This document shows positions 53,360 to 57,341 of a DNA stretch of 57,341 bases, piece after piece; the first letter of the stretch is position 1, and every line of letters begins with the position of its first letter. A program made the position numbers and the translations under genes. The notes beneath the pieces are model-generated. The model was given only the letters and a program-made list of their open reading frames with translations. It was not told the DNA's origin and made no database searches. This DNA is from a virus (lineage: Duplodnaviria; Caudoviricetes), in IMG/VR virus record IMGVR_UViG_3300020034_000017, positions 1 through 57,341 of that record, one strand, 5' to 3'.

Positions 53360-53662
53360 ATGGTTTGTTCGAGAGCAGAAACAGTCTATCAAGCTGACCT
53401 AATCAAGAGAATAGAGCGCCTTCTTCCTGATTGTATGGTGTTCAAGATGGATCCAGACCAGTATCAGGGAATTCCAGACCTTCTTGTTTTGTTTGAGGAC
53501 AAGTGGGCTGCGCTTGAGGTGAAAGTGAGTGCTTCAGCAGAAGTTCAACCAAATCAAGAGTGGTATATTGACAAGTTTGCGGAGATGTCGTTTGCGGCAT
53601 TTATCTATCCTGCGGTTGAGGATCAAGTACTTGAAGAGTTGGTAACTAGGCTAGCTTCGTAG
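53360..53662 (+). CDS. VRR-NUC / Holliday-junction-resolvase-like nuclease
   Basis: E..Q..GIPDL..ALEVK..QPNQ. Confidence 0.8.
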   Translation: MVCSRAETVYQADLIKRIERLLPDCMVFKMDPDQYQGIPDLLVLFEDKWAALEVKVSASAEVQPNQEWYIDKFAEMSFAAFIYPAVEDQVLEELVTRLAS

Positions 53663-53671
53663 AGGAGAGTC

Positions 53672-54232
53672 ATGGATTTTCACTCCCACCCAGAACTGGC
53701 TGGCAGACATGCTTTCCTAGGGCCAAGTAAGTCTAGCTGGTTGCGGTACAATGATCAGAAACTAGAAGCTCGTTTTTATGCTGCTCAAGCAGCTAGAATA
53801 GGAAGCGACAAACACGAGCTTGCTAGAAATGCAATTCGCCTAGGCATCAAGATAGACAGAAGATCCAATCCCTCATTGGCTGCCTATGTTGCTGATGCTC
53901 TTGCCTACAAGATGCGTTGCGAACAACCCCTCTACTACTCAGACAACTGCTTTGGGACAGCTGACGCTATTTCCTTCCGTAGAGGGAAACTCAGAATTCA
54001 CGATCTCAAAACTGGGATCACGAAAACATCATTTGAGCAGCTCGAGGTGTATGCCGCACTCTTCTGTCTAGAGTATGGCATCGATCCGTTCGACATTGAA
54101 ATCGAGCTTCGCATTTATCAAAGAGAGGACATGGATGTTGTACAACCTATTCCGGAGAAAATTCTCCAAATCATGGAAACCATCGTTGCCTTTGATCGTC
54201 AAATCAACATCATAAAGGAGGCTAACTGGTGA
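53672..54232 (+). CDS. PD-(D/E)XK exonuclease (DUF2800/Cas4-like)
   Basis: HAFLGPS, EQ.L, FGTADAI, IHDLKTG, QLEVYAA. Confidence 0.8.
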   Translation: MDFHSHPELAGRHAFLGPSKSSWLRYNDQKLEARFYAAQAARIGSDKHELARNAIRLGIKIDRRSNPSLAAYVADALAYKMRCEQPLYYSDNCFGTADAISFRRGKLRIHDLKTGITKTSFEQLEVYAALFCLEYGIDPFDIEIELRIYQREDMDVVQPIPEKILQIMETIVAFDRQINIIKEANW

Positions 54233-56982
54233 TCATCGATGAAGAAGAACATCTTGCTCACTATGGTATCCTCCGCCGTTCAGGCCGTTGGCCTTGGGGT
54301 AGTGGTGAGGGTAGTGGCACACAGTCCGGCAGGAACAAGAAGTTCCTCGATTTTGTTGAGAGCATGAAGAAGCAGGGTCTTTCGGAACAAGAAATTGCTT
54401 CCGGACAAGGGATCTCGGTTACTCAAATCAGAGCAGCCAAGACCTATGCCAAAAATGAGCAAAAGCAACAGCAGATTGCTATGGCTCAGAGACTCAAAGA
54501 CAAGGGTTTGTCCAATCCAGCCATTGCTGAGAGAATGAATCTTGCTGGAGAATCCTCGGTTCGGGCACTCCTCGAGCCAGGAGCCAAGGACAAAGCTGAC
54601 ATTCTGATCAGTGTGTCTAACATGCTGAAAGAGCACGTCGATGAGAAGACATACGTGGACATCGGTAGTGGTACCGAAACACATCTCAAGATCAGCAAAG
54701 AGAGACTTGCTGCAGCAGTCTTTGTTCTGGTCGAACAGGGATATGAAGTTCACGTTGTGCCTGTTCCTCAGATTGGTACTGGGTTCAACACAAAGACCAA
54801 GGTTCTTGTGCCTCCTGGTGTCTCTCAAAAGGACGCTTTCATCCATCGGTATGAGATCAAGCAGATCTCGACGTTCACTGAGGATGGTGGTCGACACTTC
54901 GCCAAGCAGCATCCCATCGTCTCGATTCATCCCGACCGTCTTGCGGTTCGGTATGCTGAGGATGGTGGCGGTAATGCTGATGGTGTGATCTACCTCAGGC
55001 CCGGTGTCAAAGAACTTTCCATGGGTAAGGCAAACTACGCTCAAGTTCGAATTCAGGTTGGTAAGGACAAGTACCTCAAGGGTATGGCGATGTACAAGGA
55101 TGATCTTCCTCCTGGTACAGACATCGTGTTCAACACCAACAAGTCTAAGGCCGAGTATCCGGACAAACTTGACACGTTGAAGAAACTGTCTAAGGACAAG
55201 GATCTTCCTTTTGAGTCTGTTACTCGTCCCGTTCTTCTCGATGCTCACTCACCCAAAGAAAGGGTTGAGTCTGCAATCCACAAGGTCAACGAAGAAGGCG
55301 ATTGGAACAACTGGTCGGATAGTTTGGCTAGTCAAGTTCTGGTAAAACAAAGTCCTTCTTTGATCAAACAACAGCTGGACATTAGTCATGATCGTCGTCA
55401 AAAAGACTTCGACGACATCATGAAACTTACCAACCCTGCCGTAAAGAAGAAGCTTTTAGAAGACCTTGCTGATTCTGCTGATTCTGCAGCGGTACATCTA
55501 AAAGCAGCCGCTCTTCCAAGGCAGTCGTGGAAAGTAATTCTTCCCATTGAATCGTTGAAGCCTGGAGAGATCTATGCCCCAACGTACAACAATGGCGAAA
55601 AGGTAGTTCTAATTCGGTACCCGCATGGTGGTACGTTCGAGATTCCTGAAGTGACTGTGAACAATAGACATGGTCCCTCTAGGAAGATGTTGCGGGATAC
55701 TGAGGATGCCATTGGCATCCATCCTGAGGTTGCTCAGAGGTTGTCTGGTGCAGACTTTGATGGTGATACGGTTCTTGTGATTCCCAACCCTCAGGGTAGG
55801 GTCACTAGTACACCAAAATTGGCTCAACTCAAAGGCTTTGATCCTCAGAAAGACTATGCACCTTATGATGGTATGCGTACCATTGATGGTGGTGTGTACA
55901 ACGCTAAGACTCGGAAGGTCGACTATGGGGACAAGCAACCCATGCGTAGTCCTAAAGAGATGGAGATGGGAAAGGTTTCCAATCTAATCACAGACATGAC
56001 TATTCGTGGTGCCCCTCATGATGAGATTGCTCGTGCAGTCAAACACTCCATGGTTGTGGTCGATGCAGAGAAGCATCATCTAGACTTCAGACGGTCTGCC
56101 ATTGACAACGGGATTCCTAAACTTAGGGCTACCTACCAGAGCGAGCATAAGGACAACAAGAGGCCAGGTGCCTCCACCCTCATCTCGAGACAGGGTAGTA
56201 CTGTTAGAATCCCTGAGCTTAAGGGTCAACCGAACTTTCCTCAAGGTGCACCGATTGATAGGGCTACAGGTAAGAAGCTTCAGATCCCTACAGGTAGGAC
56301 CAAGCGAGATAGGGCAGGGCAGGTAAGCGTTACTACTAGGGAGTACAAGAAGCTAGACCTTACGGATGATGCACACACATTGTCCTCTGGTACTAGGCCT
56401 GAATCTCTTTATGCTGATTACTCTAACAAGCAGAAGGCTCTTGCCAACCGCGCTAGAGTAGAAGCGTTTAAGACCCCCCCCGTCCAATGGAGTCACTCTG
56501 CCAAGAACGTTCATAAAGCAGAAGTAGCCTCCCTCGATGCTAAATTGGCCCTCGCCAAGAAGAACCGCACCCTTGAACGCCATGCACAGGTCATCGCTAA
56601 TGCTCAGATCAAGGCTAAGCGTGATGCTAATCCCAATCTTGATGGAGATTCCCTCAAGAAGATCAAGTTTCAAGCCCTTGCTGATGCACGTACCCGCACC
56701 AAAGCGGATCAGACAAAGATTGAGATCACACCTAAAGAATGGGATGCTATTCAAGCAGGCGCCATCAGTAACAACAAGCTAACCCAGCTCCTAGCTAAGG
56801 CTGACATGGAGAAGGTTAGAGAGCTTGCTACCCCCCGTCCCAAGGTGTTGATGAGTACATCTAAGACAGCCCAGGCCAAACAGCTAGCGTCATTGGGTTA
56901 CACTAGGGCCGAGATTGCAAGTCGGCTTGGTGTATCAATCAAGACGTTGGATCGAGCTATCAACGAAGAGGAAGGTGGGTGA
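54229..56982 (+). CDS. Putative single-chain two-barrel (YonO/RdRP-like) RNA polymerase with terminal HTH motifs
   Basis: ADGVI, AQVRI, YLKG (first barrel); IRYPH and LSGADFDGDTV (second barrel, metal-binding DxDGD); VDAEKH; HTH-like segments at both termini. Confidence 0.8.
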   Translation: MIIDEEEHLAHYGILRRSGRWPWGSGEGSGTQSGRNKKFLDFVESMKKQGLSEQEIASGQGISVTQIRAAKTYAKNEQKQQQIAMAQRLKDKGLSNPAIAERMNLAGESSVRALLEPGAKDKADILISVSNMLKEHVDEKTYVDIGSGTETHLKISKERLAAAVFVLVEQGYEVHVVPVPQIGTGFNTKTKVLVPPGVSQKDAFIHRYEIKQISTFTEDGGRHFAKQHPIVSIHPDRLAVRYAEDGGGNADGVIYLRPGVKELSMGKANYAQVRIQVGKDKYLKGMAMYKDDLPPGTDIVFNTNKSKAEYPDKLDTLKKLSKDKDLPFESVTRPVLLDAHSPKERVESAIHKVNEEGDWNNWSDSLASQVLVKQSPSLIKQQLDISHDRRQKDFDDIMKLTNPAVKKKLLEDLADSADSAAVHLKAAALPRQSWKVILPIESLKPGEIYAPTYNNGEKVVLIRYPHGGTFEIPEVTVNNRHGPSRKMLRDTEDAIGIHPEVAQRLSGADFDGDTVLVIPNPQGRVTSTPKLAQLKGFDPQKDYAPYDGMRTIDGGVYNAKTRKVDYGDKQPMRSPKEMEMGKVSNLITDMTIRGAPHDEIARAVKHSMVVVDAEKHHLDFRRSAIDNGIPKLRATYQSEHKDNKRPGASTLISRQGSTVRIPELKGQPNFPQGAPIDRATGKKLQIPTGRTKRDRAGQVSVTTREYKKLDLTDDAHTLSSGTRPESLYADYSNKQKALANRARVEAFKTPPVQWSHSAKNVHKAEVASLDAKLALAKKNRTLERHAQVIANAQIKAKRDANPNLDGDSLKKIKFQALADARTRTKADQTKIEITPKEWDAIQAGAISNNKLTQLLAKADMEKVRELATPRPKVLMSTSKTAQAKQLASLGYTRAEIASRLGVSIKTLDRAINEEEGG

Positions 56983-56991
56983 TGAATCAAG

Positions 56992-57285
56992 ATGATAGAG
57001 CACATGCTCACAACAGATGACAACCCCCACGATCCTTTCGTTGATTGGGATGCCTGGTATGCTTTTGATGAGCGTGCTGGGTACCACACCACCGCCTACC
57101 TGGGTAGAGTAGTTGTAACTTCAGATGAATTGTCTGAGACCGATCAGCAACTTGCAATTGAGAGAGCAATCGATGAGATTGTGGAGATGAACGTACTCGG
57201 TATCTACAAGAAGGTGTCGAGTAAAGCGGGAGTTGGATCTGAGAAACCAGAGGAAGCTCAGATGATCGAGGAAACTTCTGCTTAG
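56992..57285 (+). CDS. Conserved hypothetical protein
   Basis: MLTTDDNPHDPF..WYAFD..GYHT..YL.R motif. Confidence 0.7.
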   Translation: MIEHMLTTDDNPHDPFVDWDAWYAFDERAGYHTTAYLGRVVVTSDELSETDQQLAIERAIDEIVEMNVLGIYKKVSSKAGVGSEKPEEAQMIEETSA

Positions 57286-57297
57286 GAGGTATGGCTT

Positions 57298-57340
57298 TAC
57301 ATAGGGGGGGAGGGGTCGCAAAGACTACCCCCCTTATGTA
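57298..57340. other. Right-end inverted repeat
   Basis: TACATAGGGGGGG...GTC-GCAAA-GAC..CCCCCCTTATGTA. Confidence 0.55.
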
Positions 57341-57341
57341 T

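Larger units (their letters stand above)
1..57341 (+). mobile_element. Near-complete lytic siphophage genome, actinobacterial host (Pepy6/AU/BI/DJ-like architecture)
   Basis: Full set of packaging, head, tail, lysis and replication genes, all on + strand with tight spacing and GGAGG-type RBSs. No integrase recognised. Rpf, DUF3039-like and SLH genes point to Actinomycetota. Confidence 0.9.

Noticed and set aside
1-57341. Lysogeny module, DGR or retron
   Set aside because: No integrase, repressor-like divergent gene, reverse transcriptase motif or TR/VR pair was recognised.

Overview
The window looks like an essentially complete 57.3 kb lytic siphophage genome of an actinobacterial host. Essentially all credible genes are on the + strand and no integrase or repressor was recognised. 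The layout resembles, from memory, the Rhodococcus Pepy6/Poco6-like group (actinophage clusters AM/AU/AW/BI/CC/DJ/EL): lysis and accessory virion genes, HNH, terminase, portal, protease-capsid fusion, two major-tail paralogs, tape measure, small membrane genes, a 1250-aa helicase-primase-polymerase fusion, many small ORFs, tRNA-Lys, SF2 helicase, nucleases and a 917-aa DFDGD protein. The main candidate system has three parts. (1) The 917-aa protein is a two-barrel (YonO/RdRP-like) single-chain RNA polymerase. (2) It shares an N-terminal L-x-H-(Y/H/F)-G tag with several small head-region proteins, and L-x-H recurs in the protease-capsid linker, suggesting protease-processed virion cargo. (3) Twelve copies of a fixed-spacing motif CGCA-N5-TACA-N5-TRTWATG look like its promoter and head either one-gene cassettes or 5'/3'-closed small structured RNAs. 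Other highlights are two large structured non-coding regions (about 585 and 385 nt), a tRNA-like element, a -1 frameshift signal that would fuse a virion protein to an SGNH hydrolase, a stand-alone membrane-anchored Rpf, and candidate anti-defence genes. All functional calls come from motif recognition by eye; no searches or folding programs were run.
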